Of a stretch of DNA of 64,000 bases, positions 1 to 8,614 are shown piece after piece (positions within the stretch are counted from its first letter, which is position 1; each line of letters opens with the position of its first letter). The stretch is taken from NCBI GenBank assembly GCA_049320885.1, contig JBMORA010000028.1, forward strand, positions 32,001-96,000, written 5' to 3'. A program made the translations under genes and the position numbers. This stretch comes from Thermodesulfobacteriota bacterium (GTDB lineage: Bacteria > Desulfobacterota > Desulfobacteria > Desulfobacterales > SURF-7). The notes beneath the pieces were generated by a model that did no database searches, had not been told where the DNA came from, and saw nothing but the letters and a program-made list of their open reading frames with translations.

Positions 1-158
1 ATATTGAATTTCACCGTTATTCCCGTGGGGACTCCCGCCACCACGCCGATGCCGAATTGCTTTTGTGGCCCCGTTGTGTTCCGCGAAGACCGGGCCCATG
101 CGGTCGGCGGGGAGAAGCTGGCGGAAACGAGCAACAGAAGGAGAATCCATTGATACAT
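1..158 (-). CDS. Exported protein, 5' part only (runs off the window); DUF3996/outer-membrane beta-strand-like
   Basis: Not in the ORF track. ATG at 158 on the minus strand with AAGGAG upstream. Translates MYQWILLLLLVSASFSPPTAWARSSRNTTGPQKQFGIGVVAGVPTGITVKFN: a signal peptide followed by a GxGxxxGxPTGxxxK motif. Confidence 0.7.
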   Translation of the reverse strand, partial: MYQWILLLLLVSASFSPPTAWARSSRNTTGPQKQFGIGVVAGVPTGITVKFN

Positions 159-283
159 GCGGGGCTCCTTTTATCAGTGAGGTTGTATTGACTCTGCCAA
201 TAAATGAAACCGGATGAAGAATCAAGTGTTTTCAGCCGGAATTTGTCTTGCAATCCACTCCGGATGGGATACATTGCCCGGTC

Positions 284-1159
284 ATGAAGCGCGCCGTCTG
301 GTTTCCCGTCTATTGTCTGATCCTGGCCATGGTTCTCTGGGCCAGCTCTTTCATCGCCCTGAAACTGGCCTTTCGCGCCTATCACCCCATGGTGGTCATC
401 TTCGGGCGCATGCTGACGGCCAGTATCTTTTTTGCATTTCTATGGCCGCGGTTCCGGTCCATTCCCTTTAACCGAAGGGATGCGAAATTCATCCTGCTGA
501 TGGCCTTCTGCGAGCCCTGTCTGTATTTTCTGTTCGAGGCCAAGGCCATCCAGAACACAACGGCCTCCCAGGCCGGCATGATCACCGCCATACTGCCCCT
601 GATGGTGGCCGTCGCCGCGCATTTCGTCCTGAAAGAGCGCATCGGCGGGCGTACCCTGGCCGGTTTCTTCCTGGCCATTTTCGGGGCCTGCTGGCTCAGC
701 GTCGGCGGCCGGCCCTCGGCGGACGCCCCCAATCCCGTGTTGGGAAATTTTTTGGAATTCATGGCCATGGTATGCGCCACCGGCTATACCATTACCCTGA
801 AGCGGTTGACGCCGGTGTATCCCCCCCTTTTCCTCACCGGCATCCAGGCGTTTGTCGGCACTCTTTTTTTTCTGCCTTTTTTGTTCCTGCCCGCCACCAC
901 CCTTCCCGATTCCCTGGAACCCATCCCGGCAGCGGCGATCTTCTATCTGGGGGCCGTCATCACGCTGGGAGCCTACGGGCTCTATAACTTCGGCGTCAGC
1001 CGGATACCCGCCAGCCAGGCTTCGGCCTTTGTCAATCTGATTCCGGTATTTACGGTCTTACTGGGCTGGCTGATCCTGGGCGAAACCCTCACCATGAGCC
1101 AGTGCGCGGCGGCCGTGGTGGTGTTCATGGGCGTCATGATGAGTCAAAAATGGGGTTAG
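284..1159 (+). CDS. DMT/EamA family transporter
   Basis: About 10 hydrophobic helices in two EamA repeats (LWASSFIALK, TTASQAGMI, ASQASAFVNLIPVF, GWLILGE). Start moved to ATG 284. Confidence 0.9.
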   Translation: MKRAVWFPVYCLILAMVLWASSFIALKLAFRAYHPMVVIFGRMLTASIFFAFLWPRFRSIPFNRRDAKFILLMAFCEPCLYFLFEAKAIQNTTASQAGMITAILPLMVAVAAHFVLKERIGGRTLAGFFLAIFGACWLSVGGRPSADAPNPVLGNFLEFMAMVCATGYTITLKRLTPVYPPLFLTGIQAFVGTLFFLPFLFLPATTLPDSLEPIPAAAIFYLGAVITLGAYGLYNFGVSRIPASQASAFVNLIPVFTVLLGWLILGETLTMSQCAAAVVVFMGVMMSQKWG

Positions 1160-1824
1160 ATGCCGGGCAAATTCTCCACCAGCCAGTCGAAAAAAAGCAC
1201 GAACAGGCCGATGGGCGCCAGCAGCCCCAGCACGGAGCCGATGACGTAATCCCGGAAACGGATATTCGTCAGCGCCATGGCGTAATTGAGGGACGGATGC
1301 AGCAATAAGAAAGTCCGGAGGAAAATGATGCTGCGGACGGGCTGTTGATCCAGTCGGGACAGGATCCTGCGGATCCAGGGTTTTTCAATGTCGCTGAACG
1401 GACGGCCGCCGATGAGCCGCATCAATTGAAAGCTCACGCAGATGGCGACGGTCCCCCCGACCATGGCCAGGATAAAACCCGTGGTGCGACCGTACACATA
1501 GACCCCGGCGGCCACGAAAAGCAGACCAAAGACATGGCATATCTCACCGATGACGAACAGCAGGATGTACAGGAGGTATCCCCAGGCGCCGGCATCGGCG
1601 ATGGTTTTCCGGAGGGTCCGCAGGTTGAAGAACTCCTGTATTCCCAGATAATGGGCCAGGATCAACAGGAGGGCAACCGTCAGAACGACGGCGACCAGAC
1701 GGATATGCCGATACGAATCGGAAGAAAGACGGGATGTTCGATGGCCGCTCACGTTGAAACCGCTAACAGAAAAAGCGGAGAAAAGCAACTCTCCGCTTTC
1801 TGTCCGTCGGCCGTCGGCCGGCAT
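1156..1824 (-). CDS. TVP38/TMEM64 (VTT/DedA, SNARE-associated) membrane protein
   Basis: Hydrophobic protein with FLR...LNYAMALTNIRFRDYVIGSVLGLLAP motif. True start is uncertain and may lie downstream. Confidence 0.8.
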   Translation of the reverse strand: MPADGRRTESGELLFSAFSVSGFNVSGHRTSRLSSDSYRHIRLVAVVLTVALLLILAHYLGIQEFFNLRTLRKTIADAGAWGYLLYILLFVIGEICHVFGLLFVAAGVYVYGRTTGFILAMVGGTVAICVSFQLMRLIGGRPFSDIEKPWIRRILSRLDQQPVRSIIFLRTFLLLHPSLNYAMALTNIRFRDYVIGSVLGLLAPIGLFVLFFDWLVENLPGI

Positions 1825-1896
1825 GCGCGGGCCGGAACAACCTCGCTGATGTGGCCGGCATCCGCCGCGGGGATACGGGACGCCGGGGGGATGGGG

Positions 1897-2511
1897 TCAA
1901 CCCGCCTTTTTCATTTCGACGCTCTTGGGCACGCCTTCGAAAGGCGTCCATTTGCCGCTCTTCAGGCTCTTGGGATCCCGCATTTCCTTCAGAATTTCAA
2001 TGCTGGTCTTGTACCCTTTGTGGAGACGGCAGATATCGATGCTCAACCCCGCGATCTGCGCCAGGGCCTGGACCAGATTCACGTCGTTCAGCGTGAATTC
2101 CCAAGGATCGGCTGTATACACCCGCAATGCGCCGATCATGTTGCCGTGGATCACGATGGGGACGGACAGAATCGACTTGATGCCCTCTTTCTTGGCTGCT
2201 TCGGGATACTGAATCCGCGGGTCATCGCTGATGTCATAAATCGCCACGGGTCCCTCCTGCATGGACTGGGCAATGGATTTCAGCGCACTGACAGGGCCCT
2301 TATTGAGATATTCCTGGCTCAATCCGTGAGCAGCGACGATTTCCAGTTCATTGGTTTTGCTGTTCATCAGAAACATGGCGCATCCCTTTGCCTTGAGAGC
2401 GCTCCTCACGCCATCCACCGTCATCAGAGCCACCTCCTCCGGCTCCTTGCTCATGGTGATGGCCCTGCTCAGTCGCAACAATGTATCGTAATTCATGGCA
2501 TGGTGACTCAT
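1897..2511 (-). CDS. Stand-alone GAF domain protein
   Basis: LEIVAAHGLS...DDPRIQYPEAAKKEGIKSILSVPI...IGALRVY. GAGG RBS precedes ATG 2511. Confidence 0.85.
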   Translation of the reverse strand: MSHHAMNYDTLLRLSRAITMSKEPEEVALMTVDGVRSALKAKGCAMFLMNSKTNELEIVAAHGLSQEYLNKGPVSALKSIAQSMQEGPVAIYDISDDPRIQYPEAAKKEGIKSILSVPIVIHGNMIGALRVYTADPWEFTLNDVNLVQALAQIAGLSIDICRLHKGYKTSIEILKEMRDPKSLKSGKWTPFEGVPKSVEMKKAG

Positions 2512-2791
2512 ACGCACCTCCTTCTGGATAAAAAGGGTGAACCACGGATGCTGCCTGCGAAGGTCGGCCCTGAAATCAGGTAACCGCATGGCGGTTCATG
2601 GCCTCTGGATGAAACAGCAAAAGCGCTTCAACAAAACAAACCGGACATCGTTACAGACGGACCGGCGGCAAGGGAACAGGACACACCAGTTGCGATGGGA
2701 GAGCTGGCATTCACATGACAGCGAAAATGAGTGGATTACGAATGGAATACCTATATCGGATTATGGCGGGAGCTGTCAAGCAAAGAACCGT

Positions 2792-3190
2792 TCAGTGCAG
2801 CATGGACGGGGAATTGCCCATCATCTTGTGCAACACGTCCCGGACATCGGAAAAATCGCTGTCGGCATAGCCGACGTAACGGGGACGCAATGCATGCCCC
2901 TGGGCAATGGTCTGGCTTTCATGGTCCGGCAGGATGACGATTACATGAGTGCGCAGCAGCAAATCGCGGAAAGGCAGCAAATCCCGCAGTTCGCTTTCCG
3001 TGGACTCGAAAATCACCGTGGCCGCGACACCATGCTGGGGGTTCCGCAGGATCCGAACGAGGTTTTTCGCGCTCCGCACCACAATGATATTCTTGTTGAC
3101 GGCGACCCCTTCGACGATTTTCTGCAGCCGGGCTCCGTTGCGATGCTCCGGGTTCAAGAGCAAGAGGATGTTTTCGTTTTCCATTCCCAT
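2792..3190 (-). CDS. Hypothetical protein, degenerate receiver-like fold
   Basis: 132 aa with alternating beta/alpha pattern (ILLLLN, VIVILPD, LRPRYVGY) and no canonical phospho-Asp or Lys. Confidence 0.6.
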   Translation of the reverse strand: MGMENENILLLLNPEHRNGARLQKIVEGVAVNKNIIVVRSAKNLVRILRNPQHGVAATVIFESTESELRDLLPFRDLLLRTHVIVILPDHESQTIAQGHALRPRYVGYADSDFSDVRDVLHKMMGNSPSMLH

Positions 3191-3253
3191 GGCGATCCTT
3201 TTCAGTATTATGAATCATCAGGTTGACATACCCTGGCAACCTGTCTAAATATC

Positions 3254-3271
3254 ATTCAAAAAGCAGGCCAA
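3254..3271 (-). promoter_or_regulatory. Putative sigma-54 (-24/-12) promoter
   Basis: Minus strand reads TTGGCCTGCTTTTTGAAT versus consensus TGGCACG-N4-TTGC. Lies about 65 bp upstream of the 132-aa ORF. Confidence 0.45.
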
Positions 3272-3412
3272 GATCATGGAAAAACCGATAAATATATTTT
3301 TATTTCATTTCAGTATTTTATATAATAAGCTGCCTCTCCCGGCCAATGATTTCCCCGGTGCCGGCGGGAAATGTTCTGTGCAATTGGACAAAATTCCAAC
3401 AGAAATGGACGG

Positions 3413-4477
3413 TTACCCGCGGGCAATCGGTTTGTCGCTGCGTTGTCGGTGCAATTCCGCCACCCGCCGATCCATGATGGCCCGCCAGAGCGGGGGAACG
3501 GCCGCCAGCAGCACCATGCCGGCGTAGCCCGTGGGCAGCTGGGGGCTTTCCTCGAAATGCCGCAAGGCCTGATATCGTCTTCCCGGTTTGTAATGATGGT
3601 CGGAATGCCGCTGGAGATTAAACAGAAACCGATTGGTCAGCCAGTTGCTGGAATTCCAGGAATGCAGCGGCGTCACGGGCTCATGGCGGTTTCCCGGGAT
3701 TTCCCTTCTAAAAAGACCGTAATGTTCCACGTAATTCACTATTTCCAAGAGTGAAATCGCGATGAAAGCCTGTAAAATAAAAAATATCAACCCTTTCCAT
3801 CCGAACATGATCGCGACGAACAAGATCAAAACAGATTGCAGCAGAAGACCGGAGGCGACCCGATTCCGAAGATTCCAGGGGCCCAGGCCGTTCCGGCGAA
3901 GCCGCTCGGCTTCGAATCGAAAGGCGCTGCCGAACCCCCCGAAAACCGTTCGCGGCCAGAAGGCATAAAAAGATTCTCCGAAACGGGCGGTCGCCGGGTC
4001 GGCCTGGGTGGCCACACGGCGATGATGTCCCACCACATGCTCCAATCCCCAGTGCATGTAACAAACCGTGCACAGCATGATTTTGGAAAGGAGCGGCTCC
4101 ATTTTTTCATTGACCCGGTGGGCCAGTTCATGGGCGACATTGATCCCCATCACGCCCGAGGAAACACCGACGGAAGCCGCCATCCCGCAATATTCCAGAA
4201 CCGAAAAACCGCCGCCGGAAGCCAGGCGGCAGGCCCAGAACACCAGCAGGACCTGCAGCGGGGCGCATATCCAGGTGACTATCCGATATCCTACCCTTGT
4301 TTCCAGTTGCCGGAGTTCATCCCCACTCGGGTTGTTCGTTTCCCTTCCGATGATGACATCCAGGATCGGAACCACGCCGAACACCATCAGCGGTGTCAAA
4401 AAAGTATACCAGCCACCCAGGACGGTTCCGGCAATAACACTTATCGGCACAAGATAAACTAATGTAAACGACCACAT
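3413..4477 (-). CDS. alkB: Alkane 1-monooxygenase (AlkB family non-heme diiron membrane hydroxylase)
   Basis: All four AlkB motifs present: HELAH, EHVVGHH, NYVEHYG, LQRHSDHH. Also DPATARFGESFY and PQLPTGY, with N-terminal TM helices. Confidence 0.9.
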   Translation of the reverse strand: MWSFTLVYLVPISVIAGTVLGGWYTFLTPLMVFGVVPILDVIIGRETNNPSGDELRQLETRVGYRIVTWICAPLQVLLVFWACRLASGGGFSVLEYCGMAASVGVSSGVMGINVAHELAHRVNEKMEPLLSKIMLCTVCYMHWGLEHVVGHHRRVATQADPATARFGESFYAFWPRTVFGGFGSAFRFEAERLRRNGLGPWNLRNRVASGLLLQSVLILFVAIMFGWKGLIFFILQAFIAISLLEIVNYVEHYGLFRREIPGNRHEPVTPLHSWNSSNWLTNRFLFNLQRHSDHHYKPGRRYQALRHFEESPQLPTGYAGMVLLAAVPPLWRAIMDRRVAELHRQRSDKPIARG

Positions 4478-4503
4478 ATCAGTATTCTCCCCGCTATTTT
4501 TAA

Positions 4504-4538
4504 TAGTGTATAGTTTTACTTTTCACTATATAGTTCAA
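4504..4538. promoter_or_regulatory. Candidate operator in the alkB promoter (two TATAGTT cores 20 bp apart)
   Basis: TAGTGTATAGTT at 4504-4515 and TATAGTTCA at 4529-4537 both match the palindromic site at 51558-51578. Confidence 0.45.
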
Positions 4539-4618
4539 GCAGGTGGGGAATTCAAGCGGAATTCCGCAGAATCACTGTCCCCGGCGGAATGGAAAAAAGA
4601 GGAAGTCGGTCTTGGTTC

Positions 4619-6103
4619 TCAGCCGCAATGATCGGAGATGGAACTCTTTTCCGTTACCGTGACCGGAATCCGGATCAGAAAGACCACCCCCTGTTCCGGG
4701 GTGCTGGTGCACTCGATGCTGCCGCCCAATGAATGGCTCACCAGGTTGTACAGGATGGACATTCCCAACCCCGTGCCGCCGTAAGTCCGTTTGGTGGTGA
4801 AAAACGGATCGTATATTTTTTCCAGGGTCCCTTTGTCCATGCCCCTGCCGTTATCCGTGTAACAGAAAGAAATCCAGCCGCCCTCCGAACGGAAATCCAT
4901 GCGGATCTCCCCCTGCGCAACTCCGTCGAAACCATGGACCAGGGAATTCATGATCAGGTTGGTGACCATCTGGGAGATGGCCCCCGGGTAGCTTTCCATT
5001 TCAATATGTTCCGGACAATGCATCACGATCATATGCCGGGTGGTCCGGATCTTCGGCTGCAGACTGCACAGCAGCTGATCCATATAGGTCTTGAGGTTGA
5101 ATTTCCGAACGGTTTCGCTGGTCCGGTCGGCCGCCACCTGTTTGAAGCTTTTCACCAGCAGGGCCGCCCGATCCAGATTGCTCAGGATCATCGAAGACGT
5201 TTCCGTATTTTTATGAATATATTTTTCCAGATCCGTGCGGGTCATTTTCCCGGAAACGAACTGGGCCTGGAGCTTCCGGCTGATATCCTCCAGAAAAGAT
5301 GCGGCGGTGATGCCGATTCCCAGGGGTGTATTGATTTCATGGGCGACACCGGCCACCAGTCTTCCCAGCGAGGCCATTTTTTCCGTCTGGATCAATTGCT
5401 GCTGGGTCATCCTCAAGGTTTCCATCGAAGTCAGCAGGGCCTCGTTGGCTCTCTCGGCGCGGTTTTTGGCGGCGGCCAGTTTCCGCTGCTCCTCCTGCAG
5501 CTGCGAGTGCTCCCTGTTCAGGCGTTCCTGATAAATGAACCGGGTGGATTCAAAAATGAAGGCCATGCTGCTGAGAACCAGAAAACTGATAAGGTAGCGA
5601 ACGATAAATTCCGGATGATAATTCACTCCCCCCATCAGGGATGGCATGGGCGATAGAAACAGGATGATCAGCCCCAGAAACTGGCTCAGCACCCAGATCC
5701 CCCCTTCCCGTTTGCCCAGCAGGAAAAAAGCGACCATGGGGAAGGAGAAGGTCCACAGACTCATGGAGCCCTGCGGGCCGCCCCGGGCGGTGAAAATCAA
5801 TGTCAGGGCGCTGAACAGCCAGACACAGATCCGATAGAGCCATTTCGCATGACGGATGCGATGCAGGAAGGCCAGGGATACCCCCATGCCGGTGGCGACG
5901 GCGATGTCCACCAGGGCCAGACCGAACGTCCGGTTGTGGATGTGATAGATCCCGAAAGCATACAGGGTGGGTATGCCGATGAACAGAAACAGGGCCATCA
6001 GCACCCTTCTTCGCCGTTCCTCCAGCTGATGCTCCGTTCCGATCACTGCCGTCAAGAACCGCTGGAAGTGCTTTTCCGGGTTGTATAACCAATCACGCAT
6101 CAT
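4619..6103 (-). CDS. Membrane-bound sensor histidine kinase
   Basis: About 6 TM N-terminal region, H-box EKMASLGRLVAGVAHEINTPLG, N-box NLIMNS, DNGRG, FFTTK, GTGLGM. Start moved to ATG 6103 (approximate). Confidence 0.9.
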   Translation of the reverse strand: MMRDWLYNPEKHFQRFLTAVIGTEHQLEERRRRVLMALFLFIGIPTLYAFGIYHIHNRTFGLALVDIAVATGMGVSLAFLHRIRHAKWLYRICVWLFSALTLIFTARGGPQGSMSLWTFSFPMVAFFLLGKREGGIWVLSQFLGLIILFLSPMPSLMGGVNYHPEFIVRYLISFLVLSSMAFIFESTRFIYQERLNREHSQLQEEQRKLAAAKNRAERANEALLTSMETLRMTQQQLIQTEKMASLGRLVAGVAHEINTPLGIGITAASFLEDISRKLQAQFVSGKMTRTDLEKYIHKNTETSSMILSNLDRAALLVKSFKQVAADRTSETVRKFNLKTYMDQLLCSLQPKIRTTRHMIVMHCPEHIEMESYPGAISQMVTNLIMNSLVHGFDGVAQGEIRMDFRSEGGWISFCYTDNGRGMDKGTLEKIYDPFFTTKRTYGGTGLGMSILYNLVSHSLGGSIECTSTPEQGVVFLIRIPVTVTEKSSISDHCG

Positions 6104-6434
6104 ACCGGCATCCCATGAATCCTTCCAGGTGATGGTCCAATGAAACTCTTTTTGCGAAAACCCGCCCCCGAAAGGCGGTCCTGTCACATCCTCGGGCAGG
6201 TCCGGAAAGTATGACGCAACCGGGATATCAAAGTCAACCGTTTGTGATTCAAGCTCCCTGCGGAGCGATGGCGAACCGCTCAGCGAGGTGTCGCGCCTCC
6301 GCCTTGTCCGCAAATTTATCTTTTTCAGATGAGTTGGAATGTGATAGTGTTGCATTGAAATCAAATGAAGTCAAAACCGGCCGGGATTCTTTCGGTCCTC
6401 AACCGCAACCATCAATAATACGCCCGCAGAAACC

Positions 6435-7160
6435 ATGAGACTGGCGGTTCTTTCCGATATCCACGCCAATTTGGAAGCCCTGGAGAAGGTCCTGGAAGAC
6501 ATCGACCGGTGCAACGTGGATGACACGATCACCCTGGGGGACAACATCGGATACGGTCCTGATCCGGACGGAGTCATCGATATTCTTTGCCGCCGGCAAG
6601 TGGGGACCATCATGGGAAACCATGAACTGGCGCTGAGCCGCCCCAATTATCTGGCCTGGTTCAACCCGGTGGCGCAGAAAGCCCTCGTGCGAACCATGGA
6701 AATGCTGTCTTCCGGAGCCATGGAATGGATCGCCGGCCTGGATGTCTCGATGGTCCGCCATGGGTTCCGGTTCGTCCACGGGTTTCCACCCGATTCCGCC
6801 ACCAGGTATCTTTTCCAGGTGGCGGCGGCTGATATGCCCAAAGTGTTCCAGGAACTGAAGGAGCCCGTCTGCTATATCGGCCATACCCATGAAGTGGCCA
6901 TGATTTCGTTTGACGGTGACGTGGTGGACTACCCCCGTCTGACCCCGGGTATCCACCGGTTGCAGCCGGATCACCGGTACATCATCAACGTCGGCAGCGT
7001 CGGCCAGCCCCGGGACCGGGACCGTAATGCAAAATATGTCATCATGGACACGGAACTACGGAGCATAGAACTTCGCATTGTCGAATACGACCGGCTGAAG
7101 ACCGCGGCAAAAATCATCCGCGCCGGACTGCCCAAACTATATGCCGACCGGTTGCTCTAG
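6435..7160 (+). CDS. Metallophosphoesterase (calcineurin-like, PPP-type phosphatase)
   Basis: SDIHAN, LGDNIGYG, GNHE, FVHG, GHTH and NVGSVGQPRD motifs. Confidence 0.92.
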   Translation: MRLAVLSDIHANLEALEKVLEDIDRCNVDDTITLGDNIGYGPDPDGVIDILCRRQVGTIMGNHELALSRPNYLAWFNPVAQKALVRTMEMLSSGAMEWIAGLDVSMVRHGFRFVHGFPPDSATRYLFQVAAADMPKVFQELKEPVCYIGHTHEVAMISFDGDVVDYPRLTPGIHRLQPDHRYIINVGSVGQPRDRDRNAKYVIMDTELRSIELRIVEYDRLKTAAKIIRAGLPKLYADRLL

Positions 7161-7189
7161 CCGCCTTGCGGGTCATCCAGGATGGGAAT

Positions 7190-8614
7190 GTGAGAACAAT
7201 CGACAAATACATCATCCGCGGACTCCTGGGACGCGGCGGGATGGGCAAGGTTTATAAGGTCGAAATCCCGGTGATATCCAAAATCGCCGCCCTGAAACAC
7301 CTGGACCCGAATCCATTCCTGGTCCGCATGATGGGGCTGGAGGCGATCCGGGATCTGTTTGTTGCCGAAGCCGTGACCATCGCCGGCCTGAGACATCCGG
7401 CCGTCGTGGATATCTGGGATTACGGTGAAACCGACGGCCGCCCCTTTTATCTGTTCGACCTCTATTCCAACAACCTGGGCACCGTCATCGGAGAAACCTA
7501 CCGCACCGAGGAACCGTCCCGCAGACTCCCCGTTGAAAAGGCCTTTGCGTATACCCGTCAGATTCTTGCCGGTCTCGACTGCCTGCATTCCGCGGGAATC
7601 GTCCATCGCGACATCAAACCGTTCAATATCCTGCTGACCGACCAGGACGGGGTTAAAATCGGCGACTTCGGGGCGTCGAAACTGCGGGGGGAGGTCCGGG
7701 AAGATCCCGCTGGACTGAAAATCGGAACGCCCTGGTATGCGGCCCCGGAGCAGGAAGCGGACCCCCGGCGGGCTGACGAACGCGCCGATCTGTATTCCAC
7801 CGGGGTCATGCTGTACCGGATGATCACCGGCAACCTGCCGTCGCTCGCCCTTTCCGAGGCCCATCCGGTGTTTTCCATCCCCGGCGTCCCCTGGAAGGAC
7901 TTTTTTACCCAAGCCCTGTCGCCGGCCCCGAACCAGCGCTATGCAAGCGCCGATGCCATGAAGAATGCCCTGGACGAGCTGCAACAATCCTGGGAGCTTC
8001 ATAAGGAGCAGATCTGCCATTTGCCAGACGAAGACCGGCCCGAAACCCGGGCCTTGAATTCCCCCCGGCCCGCGTCTTCCCGGAAAAAACCCATTAAAAC
8101 GCCGCGAAAGGCGGCCCGGGCCCTTTTTGAACTGGACCAGCGGTGGCAACCGTCCCGCCGGATCCAGAACGATTTCAGCTCCCATCCGGCGGGCTGCATC
8201 ATGGACCGGAGCACCGGACTGATCTGGCAGCAAAAAGGCTCCGCCTATCCCTTGAACTGGCACCGGGCCCAGGAGTATATTGCCCGATTGAATCATGCCG
8301 GCTTTGCCGGATACAGAACCTGGCGCCTGCCCACCGTGCCGGAACTGACCACCCTGCTGATGGCCGATCCCCAGCGGAACGGCCTGTGTATCGAACCGGT
8401 GTTCAACCCGGAGCAGAAATGGCTGTGGAGCTGCGACCGACAATCCTTCATTTCCGCCTGGTATGTCAGCCTGGAAATGGGATATGTCGCCTGGAATGAT
8501 TTTTCAGCCCATTATCATGTCAAGGGCGTGTGCGATGCGCTTCCTGTGGAACCCCGGGCGTCCGCAGACAGGCAGACATCCCAAGATTCCTTGATGGAAA
8601 GAGGTCGCTCATGA
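7190..8614 (+). CDS. Hanks-type Ser/Thr protein kinase with C-terminal Lcl/DUF1566 domain
   Basis: Kinase motifs LGRGGMGKVY, AALK, HRDIKPFN, DFG, GTPWYAAPE, DLYSTG. C-terminal DRSTGLIWQQ...WRLPTVPEL...WLWS. GTG start at 7190 chosen. Confidence 0.9.
   Translation: MRTIDKYIIRGLLGRGGMGKVYKVEIPVISKIAALKHLDPNPFLVRMMGLEAIRDLFVAEAVTIAGLRHPAVVDIWDYGETDGRPFYLFDLYSNNLGTVIGETYRTEEPSRRLPVEKAFAYTRQILAGLDCLHSAGIVHRDIKPFNILLTDQDGVKIGDFGASKLRGEVREDPAGLKIGTPWYAAPEQEADPRRADERADLYSTGVMLYRMITGNLPSLALSEAHPVFSIPGVPWKDFFTQALSPAPNQRYASADAMKNALDELQQSWELHKEQICHLPDEDRPETRALNSPRPASSRKKPIKTPRKAARALFELDQRWQPSRRIQNDFSSHPAGCIMDRSTGLIWQQKGSAYPLNWHRAQEYIARLNHAGFAGYRTWRLPTVPELTTLLMADPQRNGLCIEPVFNPEQKWLWSCDRQSFISAWYVSLEMGYVAWNDFSAHYHVKGVCDALPVEPRASADRQTSQDSLMERGRS

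Noticed and set aside
864..871. T8 homopolymer as a phase-variation site
   Set aside because: In frame within Phe codons of an intact membrane protein gene.
2590..2790. Riboswitch in long intergenic leaders (also 39325-39490)
   Set aside because: No conserved riboswitch motif recognisable by eye. An Rfam/Infernal scan would be needed.
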